Positions 11,033 through 19,379 of a DNA stretch of 64,000 nt are shown here, in pieces. Source of the DNA: an uncultured Actinomycetota bacterium (GTDB lineage Bacteria > Actinomycetota > Actinomycetes > JACCUZ01). Under the pieces are notes generated by a model. The model was given only the letters and a program-made list of their open reading frames with translations, was not told the DNA's origin and made no database searches. Made by a program: the position numbers and the translations under genes. Location of the stretch: contig CAVSKC010000014.1 in the NCBI GenBank assembly GCA_963728425.1, forward strand, positions 167,389 to 231,388, read 5' to 3'. Position 1 is the first letter of the stretch, and each line of letters starts with the position of its first letter.

Positions 11033-11773
11033 CTAGTGCCCCATTCCTAGTCCGCCGTCCACGGGTATCACCGCACCCGTGATGTACCCCGCGTCCTCGC
11101 TGGCGAGGAACCGCACGACGTTCGCGACCTCGTCCACCGAGGCGAACCGGCCGAGCGGGATCTGCCCGCGGTACGTCTTCTGCAGGTCATCGGGCAGCTC
11201 GGCCGTCATGTCGGTCTCGACGAAGCCGGGCGCCACCACGTTGTAGGTGATGCCGCGCGAGCCGAGCTCGCGGGCGAGCGACCGGGCCAGGCCCACCAGG
11301 CCGGCCTTGGACGCCGCGTAGTTGGTCTGCCCCGCGGAGCCGAGCAGCCCGACCACCGAGGAGATGAAGACGACCCGGCCGCGGCGCAGCTTCAGCATCC
11401 CCTTGGAGGCACGCTTGGCGACCCGCCACGAGCCCGCGAGGTTGGTGGCCACGACGGTGCCGAAGTCCTCCTCGGACATCCGCATGATCAGCTGGTCGCG
11501 GGTGACCCCGGCGTTCGCGACCAGGACCTCGACGGGTCCCTGCTTCTCCTCGACCTCCGCGAAGGCGGCCTCGACCGACTCGGGGTCGGTGACGTCGCAG
11601 CGGACGCCGGCCAGTCCCTCGGGCGGCTGGCCGGACCGGTAGGTGACGGTGACCCGGTCGCCGCCGGCCGCGAGGGCGCGGGCGATGGCCAGGCCGATGC
11701 CGCGGTTCCCGCCGGTCACCAGCACGGACCGGCCGGAGGGGGCCGCGGTGGGCTCGGATGGCTGATCGGTCAC
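11033..11773 (-). CDS. fabG: 3-oxoacyl-ACP reductase FabG (MabA-like SDR)
   Basis: 246-aa ORF with VLVTGGNRGIG, NAGV, the SDR catalytic context YAASKAGLVG and PGFVETDM. It lies immediately upstream of inhA, as in the mycobacterial fabG1-inhA operon. Confidence 0.9.
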   Translation of the reverse strand: MTDQPSEPTAAPSGRSVLVTGGNRGIGLAIARALAAGGDRVTVTYRSGQPPEGLAGVRCDVTDPESVEAAFAEVEEKQGPVEVLVANAGVTRDQLIMRMSEEDFGTVVATNLAGSWRVAKRASKGMLKLRRGRVVFISSVVGLLGSAGQTNYAASKAGLVGLARSLARELGSRGITYNVVAPGFVETDMTAELPDDLQKTYRGQIPLGRFASVDEVANVVRFLASEDAGYITGAVIPVDGGLGMGH

Positions 11774-11887
11774 GGGCGCGACGCTATCGGGCTACCGCCG
11801 GGTACCCCAACCGGGCCTCCGACCCGGCTGGTTGCGGCCGGACGGCGGCATCCAGCGCTCGCATGGGCCGCGTTAGGGTCTGTTCCG

Positions 11888-12883
11888 ATGCGCGCGATCC
11901 AGGTCAAGCGGTTCGGGGGCCCCGAGGTGCTCGAGGTCGTCGACCTGCCCGCGCCCACAGCCCAGGGCTCGCTGCAGCTGCTGGCGGTGACCGCGTCCGG
12001 CGTGAACTACGCCGACACCCACCAGGCGGCCGACGACTACCTCGCGCCGCAGACGCTCCCGTTCGTGCCGGGCGCCGAGGTGGTCGGTGTCGACCCGGAC
12101 GGGCGCCGGGTGGTCGCGCTGGTGCCCTCCGGCGGGTACGCCGAGCAGGCGCTGGCCCATCCGGGCACGACGTTCGCGCTGCCGGACGAGGTCGACGACA
12201 CCACCGCCCTCGCGTTCGTGCTGCAGGGGACAACGGCATGGCACCTGCTGCGCACCAGCGCGCGGATGGCGCCGGGCGAGACGGTCGTCGTGCACGCGGC
12301 AGCCGGCGGTGTCGGTTGCCTCGCCGTGCAGCTGGCCCGCGAGCTGGGCGCCCGCCGCATCATCGCGACCGCCTCCTCGCCGGAGAAGCGCGACCTCGCT
12401 CGCGACCTCGGAGCCGACGTCGCGCTCGACCCGGGGCCGGTCACCGGCGACTCGACCGACCTGCGCGACGCCCTGGTCGAGGCCAACGAGGGCCGGCCCG
12501 TCGACATCGTCCTGGAGATGGCCGGCGGCCGGGTGTTCGACGCGTCGCTGCGCGCGCTGGCGCCGTTCGGCCGGGTCGTCACCTACGGGATGGCCTCCCG
12601 AGTGCCGCCGACCCCGGTGCAGCCGGACCGGCTGATCGGCACGTCGCGGTCGGTCGTCGGCTTCTGGCTGGCCCACGCGCTGCGGCTGCCCGGCGGCCTG
12701 CGACCGGCGATGGAGGAGCTGCTGGACCTGCACGCGGCCGGCCGGCTGCACGCGGTGGACGGCGGTCGGTACCCGCTGGAGCACGCCAGGCGGGCGCACG
12801 AGGACATCGCCTCCCGGCGTACCCAGGGCAAGCTCGTCCTCGACCTCGCTCTGACCCCTGACCCGCTAGAACCTCTTACCTAG
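11888..12883 (+). CDS. NADPH:quinone oxidoreductase / MDR-family zinc-type alcohol dehydrogenase-like protein
   Basis: 331-aa ORF with GVNYADT, PFVPGAEVVG and the Rossmann motif VHAAAGGVG; length and layout are typical of Qor. Confidence 0.8.
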   Translation: MRAIQVKRFGGPEVLEVVDLPAPTAQGSLQLLAVTASGVNYADTHQAADDYLAPQTLPFVPGAEVVGVDPDGRRVVALVPSGGYAEQALAHPGTTFALPDEVDDTTALAFVLQGTTAWHLLRTSARMAPGETVVVHAAAGGVGCLAVQLARELGARRIIATASSPEKRDLARDLGADVALDPGPVTGDSTDLRDALVEANEGRPVDIVLEMAGGRVFDASLRALAPFGRVVTYGMASRVPPTPVQPDRLIGTSRSVVGFWLAHALRLPGGLRPAMEELLDLHAAGRLHAVDGGRYPLEHARRAHEDIASRRTQGKLVLDLALTPDPLEPLT

Positions 12884-12905
12884 CCCGCACTCGAGGAGAC
12901 CACCC

Positions 12906-14414
12906 GTGCCTGAGATCGACGCGGCCTTCACCGACCTGCCGCTGCGCCGGCTCGCCGACGCCGCGCTGAGCCGGGCCAAGCCCTCGGTGCCGAGCACGCC
13001 GACATCCGGATCGAGCGCATCAAGGACTCGCGCCTGAGCCTGCACGACGCCCGGCTGGACGGCACCAGCGACGGCGAGGACGTCGGGTTCGCGGTGCGGG
13101 TGGTGCTACGACGGCTCGTGGGGGTTCGCCTCGCACGTCGACCTGACGCCGGAGTCGGCGGAGCGGGTCGCCGAGCAGGCCGTCGAGGTGGCCAAGGTCA
13201 GCCGGCCGCTGTCGACCCAGCGCGTCGAGCTCGCCGACGAGCCGGCGTACGGCGACGTGACCTGGGTATCGCCGTACGAGGTCGACCCGTTCTCGGTGCC
13301 CGACTCGGACAAGGTCTCGCTGCTGGCCGACTGGAGCTCGGGCCTGCTGGCGCACGACCTCGTGGCGCACGCCGACGCATCCGTGCACTCGGTGCTCGAG
13401 AACAAGTTCTACAGCCGACCTGGCCGGGACGACGACGACCCAGCAGCGGGTCCGCATCCAGTGCCAGCTCGAGGCCGTCGGCATCGACAAGGAGTCCGGC
13501 CGCTTCGACACCATGCGCACGCTGGCGGCACCGGCCGGGCGCGGCTGGGAGTACCTGACCGGCAGCGGGTACGACTGGGCGGCCGAGCTCGACGAGCTGC
13601 CGGAGCACCTGACCGAGAAGCTGCGGGCGCCGTCGGTCGAGGGCGGTGACTACGACCTGGTCATCGACCCGACCAACCTCTTCCTCACCATCCACGAGTC
13701 GATCGGGCACGCGACCGAGCTCGACCGGGCGCTCGGCTACGAGGCCAACTACGCCGGCACGTCGTTCGCGACCTTCGACCAGCTCGGGACGCTGAAGTAC
13801 GGCTCCCCCGTGATGAACGTGACCGGTGACCGGGCCGCCGAGCACGGGCTGGCCTCGATCGGGTGGGACGACGAGGGCGTCGCCGGGCAGCAGTGGGACA
13901 TCGTCAAGGACGGCCTGCTCGTCGGCTACCAGCTCGACCGCGCCGATGGCCCGGCTGAAGGGCCTCGGCCGGTCCAACGGCTGTGCGTTCGCCGACTCCC
14001 CCGGGCCACGTGCCGATGCAGCGGATGGCCAACGTGTCGCTCCAGCCGGCCGCTGGCGGGCCCTCGACCGAGGAGCTCATCTCCAGGGTCGACCGCGGCA
14101 TCTACGTCGTCGGCGACAAGAGCTGGTCGATCGACATGCAGCGCTACAACTTCCAGTTCACCGGGCAGCGGTTCTTCAAGATCGAGAACGGCCGGCTGGC
14201 CGGCCAGCTGCGCGACGTCGCCTACCAGGCGACGACCACCGACTTCTGGGGCTCGCTGGAGGCGGTCGGCGGGCCGGAGACCTACTACCTCGGCGGCGCG
14301 TTCAACTGCGGCAAGGGCCAGCCCGGCCAGGTCGCGGCGGTCAGCCACGGCTGCCCGGCGACACTGTTCCGCGGCGTGCGGATCCTCAACACCCAGGCGG
14401 AGGCGGGCCGATGA
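12906..14414 (+). pseudogene. tldD: TldD-family metalloprotease; about 5 frame breaks
   Basis: The protein is spelled across the GTG 12906 frame and ORFs 13188.., 13513.., 13826.. and 13983..14414. It has the HESIGHATELD metal site, WDDEGV, RSNGCAF, MANVSLQP, GIYV and the C-terminal GGAFNCGKGQP. Frame switches lie near ~12985, 13107, 13418, 13946 and 14007. Confidence 0.85.
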
Positions 14415-15831
14415 GCACCACGACAGTCACCGGCGTGAAGGCGCAGGAGGTCGTCGAGCGCGCACTGCAGCTGTCGACCAGCGACGGCTGCATCGTGATC
14501 GCGCAGGAGTCCAGCGAGGCCAACCTGCGCTGGGCGGCGAACACCCTCACCACCAACGGCGTGATGCGCGGCCGGCAGCTGACCGTCATCGCGACGATCG
14601 GCGGCAGCGAGGGAACGGCCACCGGCGTCGTGTCGCGCAGCAACGTCGGCCTGGACCAGGTCGAGTCGCTGGTGCGCGCGGCCGAGGAGGCTGCCCGCAC
14701 CGGCCGCTCCGCAGAGGACGCACGGCCGCTCATCACGCCGGACCAGCTGCCGGCCGGTGCGCAGGGCTGGGAGGAGGAGCCGGCCGAGACGTCGATCGGG
14801 GTCTTCGGCGCAGCTCGCCTCGACGCTCGGCGAGGTGTTCCTCGACGCGCGGGCCGCCGGCCGCGAGCTGTTCGGCTTCGCCGAGCACCAGCTGCACACG
14901 ACGTACCTGGGCACCTCGACCGGCGTGCGGGTGCGGCACGCCCAGCCCACCGGCCGGATCGAGGTCACCGGCAAGACCGCCGACTGGTCCCGCTCCTCCT
15001 GGGTCGGGCAGAGCACCCGCGACTTCAGCGACATCGACATGGCCGCCGTGGACGCCGAGCTGGCCCGCCGCCTCAGCTGGGCGAAGCGCCGGGTCGACCT
15101 GGACGCCGGCCGGTACGAGACGCTGCTGCCGCCGAGCGCGGTCGCCGACCTGATGGCCTACATGTACTGGACCGCAGTGGCGCGCGACGCCGACGACGGC
15201 CGCACGGTGTTCAGTCGGACAGGGCGGCGGCACCCGGGTCGGCGAACGGCTCGCCGACCAAGCCGCTGCGGGTGTGGAGCGACCCGGCGGCCGAGGGCCT
15301 CCAGTGCGACCCGGTCGTGTTCGCGACGTCGTCCGGCTCGTCGCAGTCGGTCTTCGACAACGGGCTGCCGCTCAGCGAGACCGACTGGATCGCGGACGGC
15401 GAGCTCAGGGCGCTCATCCAGACCCGGCACTCGGCCGAGCTGACCGGACTGCCGATGACACCCGGGCGTCGACAACCTGCTGATGGGCTCGGCCGACGCG
15501 ACCCGCGGGCTGGACGAGATGGTCGGCCGACACCCAGCGCGGCCTGCTGCTGACCTGCCTCTGGTACATCCGCGAGGTCGAGCCGCAGACGCTGCTGCTC
15601 ACCGGGCTGACCCGGGACGGCGTGTACCTGGTCGAGGGCGGCGAGGTGGTGGCCGAGGTGAACAACTTCCGCTTCAACGAGAGCCCGGTCGACCTGCTGG
15701 GCCGGCTCACCGAGGTGGGCCTCACCCAGCGCACCCTGGCGCGGGAGTTCGGCGACTACTTCACCCGTTCGGCGATGCCGACCTGGCGGGTCGGCGACTT
15801 CAACATGTCCTCGGTCAGCAAGGCGAGCTGA
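14411..15831 (+). pseudogene. pmbA: PmbA/TldE-family protein (TldD partner); about 5 frame breaks
   Basis: The ATG overlaps the tldD stop (ATGA). The protein is spelled across four frame segments and ends in ORF 15622..15831 (YLVEGGEVVAEVNNFRFNESPVDLL). Frame switches lie near ~14812, 15213, 15262, 15467 and 15530. Confidence 0.8.
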
Positions 15832-15849
15832 GCCGGCACTGAGCAGGTG

Positions 15850-16149
15850 TCAGTTGCCCCGGCAGAGGCCCAGCGTGCCCGGCGCGCCGTGTGGCAGCCC
15901 GTAGTAACGCCACGAGTCGGCCGCGGTCTGAACCTGGGACGCGAGCTGTCCCTCGGGGTCTCCCAGGTCGAAGTCGTTCAGCCCGCTGGCGGCACAGGCC
16001 GAGTGGGCGTGATCCAGAGCGCCGGTCGTGTTGGTGTTGTTGAGTGTGTTCGGCGGGCCCTTCACCTCACCGGCGAGCACCGGACCAGCTGAGACACCGG
16101 CAACGGCGACCGCGCAGGCGGCGATCGCGAAGAACCGCTTGATGACCAT
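15850..16149 (-). CDS. small secreted hypothetical protein (signal peptide, cysteine-containing)
   Basis: 99-aa ORF with an N-terminal signal-like MVIKRFFAIAACAVAVAGVSAGPVLA. A good SD (GGGAGAG) lies 5 nt upstream of the ATG. No family was recognised. Confidence 0.6.
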   Translation of the reverse strand: MVIKRFFAIAACAVAVAGVSAGPVLAGEVKGPPNTLNNTNTTGALDHAHSACAASGLNDFDLGDPEGQLASQVQTAADSWRYYGLPHGAPGTLGLCRGN

Positions 16150-16587
16150 CGTCTCTCCCGTTCCCCTGGCGGCGCCGACAGGCGCCAGATCTCCAGAACC
16201 TTGTGGAGTTCACCTATGGGTGATCGTGTGCCGGGGGCACCTGCCCAACCATGGCCTATCTGGGTGGTTGACCGCCCGTGCCGGATCCGATCACGGACTG
16301 TCACCCGTCGAGCTGCGCCCGCGGGCACGTGCTGGGGCGCCGGGACTCGCGCTGCCGTCCCCACCCGATCGGCAGCGCGAGCCCCTGCTCGCGCGGCCCA
16401 CTGTTCGACCGCTCACCTGGCTCATCGGGCTCGCACCCGGCGGCGTTACGGACGGGCGGCAGGTGACGGTGCCGTCAGGAAGGAGTCACGACCCGGGTGG
16501 GTCGCCGGCTCCCGCGTGGGCACAGGTCGCGGCCGCCGGTGCTCCTTCGTGACGGCACCGGCCGACCGGCGTACGCCGGGATGACGG

Positions 16588-16800
16588 TCAGGCGTCCTCG
16601 AGGCGGAAGCCGACCTTCATGCCGACCTGGAAGTGCTGCGGTGCCCCGTCCACGACCTGGCCGCGGACCTGGGTGACCTCGAACCAGTCGAGGTGCCGCA
16701 GGGTCTGCGCCGCGCGGGCGATCCCGTTGCGGATGGCGTCGTCGACACCGGTCTCGGAGGTGCCGACGATCTCGGTGACGCGGTAGGTGCGATTGCTCAT
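16588..16800 (-). CDS. dodecin-family flavin-binding protein
   Basis: The internal ATG of ORF 16588..16890 gives the 70-aa protein MSNRTYRVTEIVGTSETGVDDAIRNGIARAAQTLRHLDWFEVTQVRG..MKVGFRLED, the characteristic dodecin pattern and size. Confidence 0.8.
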   Translation of the reverse strand: MSNRTYRVTEIVGTSETGVDDAIRNGIARAAQTLRHLDWFEVTQVRGQVVDGAPQHFQVGMKVGFRLEDA

Positions 16801-16847
16801 GGCGGGCTGCTCCCGGGGCTCGACAGGTGACCTACTGTGAAGGTGTG

Positions 16848-17162
16848 ATGCGTCGACCCGGCAGGCCAGGCCGCAAGGTCGAGCGCGCACCGGTCTACCA
16901 GATCACGGGTGCCCGCCGGGGGGTTCGCGACGACGTCGACTCCCGGACCCGCCGCTACCTGATCTCGATGGGCATCCGGACCGTCTGCTTCGTGCTCGCC
17001 GTGCTGTTCCACGGATGGGTCCGCTGGGTGCTGATCTTCCTGGCCCTGACACTGCCCTACGTGTCCGTGGTGTTCGCCAACGGCGGCCGGGAGCGGATCG
17101 AGCAGATGCCCGACGCGGACCTCGCCCAGGACCGGCGCGCCATCGACGGCACTCAGGGCTGA
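16848..17162 (+). CDS. DUF3099-like small membrane protein
   Basis: An Arg-rich N-terminus is followed by two hydrophobic helices (RTVCFVLAVLFHGWVRWVLIFLALTLPYVSVVFANGG). The start is ATG 16848 or GTG 16827. Confidence 0.65.
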   Translation: MRRPGRPGRKVERAPVYQITGARRGVRDDVDSRTRRYLISMGIRTVCFVLAVLFHGWVRWVLIFLALTLPYVSVVFANGGRERIEQMPDADLAQDRRAIDGTQG

Positions 17163-17318
17163 CGTGACACCGATTCGTGCAATACTCATTACTGAGCGTC
17201 GCGCCCCGGGGCGGCCGGTGGCTGGCCGGGGTGCGGACGCAGCGAGCGCGATGCCGGGCGGCTCCCCCCGTGGCTGCCCGGCATCGCCCCTGGCCTTGCC
17301 CCCTGTGGAGCAACCGCG

Positions 17319-17543
17319 GTGAGCACCGAGACCACCTCGCCGGTCTGCTCGGCCAAGGGCTGCAAGGCACCCGCGACCTGGGTCCTGGCGTGGAACAACC
17401 CCAAGCTGCACGCGCCGGAGCGGCGCAAGACCTGGACGGCGTGCGACGCCCACCGCGAGCACCTCACCGGCTTCCTCGAGACGCGGGGCTTCCTGCGCCA
17501 GACCGTGCCGTACGCCGAGTGGCCCGCCGACGAGCCGACCTGA
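17319..17543 (+). CDS. small Cys/His-rich hypothetical protein (possible zinc-binding)
   Basis: 74-aa GTG-start ORF with strong GC3 codon bias. Residues C10, C15, C52 and H55/H58 (CSAKGC ... CDAHREH) suggest a zinc site. No family was recognised. Confidence 0.55.
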   Translation: MSTETTSPVCSAKGCKAPATWVLAWNNPKLHAPERRKTWTACDAHREHLTGFLETRGFLRQTVPYAEWPADEPT

Positions 17544-17556
17544 CCGGAGCCTGAGG

Positions 17557-18543
17557 TCAGCCGCCGATGGCTGACATCGGCCGGGTCGGCTGCAGGAAGC
17601 CCGGGTCGTCGATGCCGTGGCCCGGCAGCTTGGCCAGCAGCGAGGCCCGCATCCGGGCGCCGAGCTCCTCGTCCGAGGCGCCGGCCCGCATCGCCCCACG
17701 CAGGTCGGACTCCTCCCGAGCAAACAGGCAGTTGCGCAGCTGTCCGTCGGCGGTGAGCCGGACCCGGTCGCAGGAGCCGCAGAACGGCCGGGTGACCGAG
17801 GCGATGACGCCGACCCGGCCGGGGCCGCCGTCGACGACCCACTCCTCGGCTGGAGCACTGCCCCGCTCGTCCTCGCCCACCGGGGTCAGGTCGAACTCCG
17901 CCTGCAGGCTGGCCAGGATCTCCTCGGCGGTGACCATCGTGGCGCGGTCCCACCCGTGCTGGGCGTCCAGCGGCATCTGCTCGATGAACCGCAGGTGGTA
18001 GCCCTCGCCCAGCGCCCACCGGAGCAGCGGCGCGGCCTCGTCGTCGTTCACGCCGCGCATCAGGACCGTGTTCAGCTTCACCGGCGTGAGGCCGGCGTCG
18101 GCCGCACCGGCCAGCCCGGCCAGGACGTCGGCGAGCCGGTCCCGGCGGGCCAGCGTGACGAACCGCTCGCGGTCCAAGGTGTCGAGCGAGACGTTCACCC
18201 GGTCCAGGCCGGCGGCGGCCAGCGCGGGAGCCACCTTGGCCAGCCCGATGCCGTTCGTGGTCACCTGCATCCGTGGCCGCGGCGACAGCGCGCCGACCCG
18301 CTCGACGATCGACACCAGACCCCGGCGCAGCAGCGGCTCGCCGCCGGTGAACCGCACCTCGGTCACGCCCAGGCCGACGGCCACCGAGACCAGCCGCACC
18401 AGCTCGTCGTCGGTGAGCAGCTCAGGCCCGGGCAGCCACTCCAGGCCCTCGGGCGGCATGCAGTAGGAGCAGCGCAGGTTGCACTTGTCGGTCAACGAGA
18501 CCCGCAGGTCGGTCGCGACGCGACCATAGGTGTCCACCAGCAC
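17557..18543 (-). CDS. moaA: GTP 3',8-cyclase MoaA (radical SAM, molybdenum cofactor biosynthesis)
   Basis: 328-aa ORF with the radical-SAM motif CNLRCSYCMP, the C-terminal cluster FCGSCDRVRLTADG and the terminal GG. Confidence 0.93.
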   Translation of the reverse strand: MLVDTYGRVATDLRVSLTDKCNLRCSYCMPPEGLEWLPGPELLTDDELVRLVSVAVGLGVTEVRFTGGEPLLRRGLVSIVERVGALSPRPRMQVTTNGIGLAKVAPALAAAGLDRVNVSLDTLDRERFVTLARRDRLADVLAGLAGAADAGLTPVKLNTVLMRGVNDDEAAPLLRWALGEGYHLRFIEQMPLDAQHGWDRATMVTAEEILASLQAEFDLTPVGEDERGSAPAEEWVVDGGPGRVGVIASVTRPFCGSCDRVRLTADGQLRNCLFAREESDLRGAMRAGASDEELGARMRASLLAKLPGHGIDDPGFLQPTRPMSAIGG

Positions 18544-18593
18544 CCGCCCACCCTACGTCGCCGTACCGACGTCCGGCGGTTACCGTCGGGACG

Positions 18594-19368
18594 GTGTACC
18601 GGTTCCTGCTCACCCGCCGCTGGCTGGGGCTGCTCGCGCTGGCCCTCGCCGTGGCGGCGGCCTGCGTGCTGCTGGGCCGTTGGCAGCTGCACCGGCTGGA
18701 GGCGCGGCACGCCAAGAACCACGTGATCACGAGCAACGCGACGGCCCGCCCGGTGCCGCCGGACGGCCCTGATGTCCACCGCTCGAGGCCCCGGCACCGA
18801 CGACCAGTACGCCCGGGTCCGGGTCACCGGGCACTACGACCGGGCGCACCAGCTGCTGGTGCGCAACCGACCGTTCGAGGGCGCGAACGGCTACTACGTG
18901 CTGGTCCCCCTGGTGCCCGCCGACGGACCGGCGCTGCTGGTCGACCGCGGCTGGGTGTCCGCGGGCGAGTCGGCCACCGATCTGCCGCGGGTGCCTGCGG
19001 CGCCGACCGGCGAGGTCACCGTGGTCGCCCGGGTCCGCCCCAGCGAGCCGGCGTCCACGACCGGCACGCCGCCGCGGGGCCAGGTGACCCGCATCGACGT
19101 CGCCTCGATCCGAAAGGACCTCCCCTACGACGTGTACGCCGGGTACGGCGACCTGGTGCGCGAGCAACCGGCTCCTCGCAACGCCCCCGCGCTGCTGCCG
19201 CCACCCGAGACCAGTGAGGGCCCGCATCTGGCCTACGCCGTCCAGTGGTTCCTGTTCGCCTGCTGTGCCCTGGCCGGCTACGTGGTGCTGGCCCGCCGCG
19301 AGGCAGCGGACCGGCGACGGGCCCTGGCCGGCCCCACGACCACCGTCGCCGTCCGGATAGCGGGTTAG
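18594..19368 (+). pseudogene. SURF1-family cytochrome oxidase assembly protein; one frame break
   Basis: The N-terminal TM segment and RWQLHRLEAR are in ORF 18594..19217. The rest (YRVRVTG.., LVDRGWV, GPHLAYAVQWF) is in ORF 18772..19368. The frame switches near ~18760. Confidence 0.75.
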
Positions 19369-19379
19369 GAGAGCACGCC

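Noticed and set aside
16150-16587. A c-di-AMP (ydaO-type) or other riboswitch in the long leader of the secreted-protein gene.
   Set aside because: I could not find the conserved core motifs on the relevant (minus) strand. Only generic GC hairpins are present. It is kept as an unexplained spacer, not called as a riboswitch.
18544-18593. A Moco riboswitch upstream of moaA.
   Set aside because: The divergent gap to the SURF1 gene is only 50 nt, far too short for that element.
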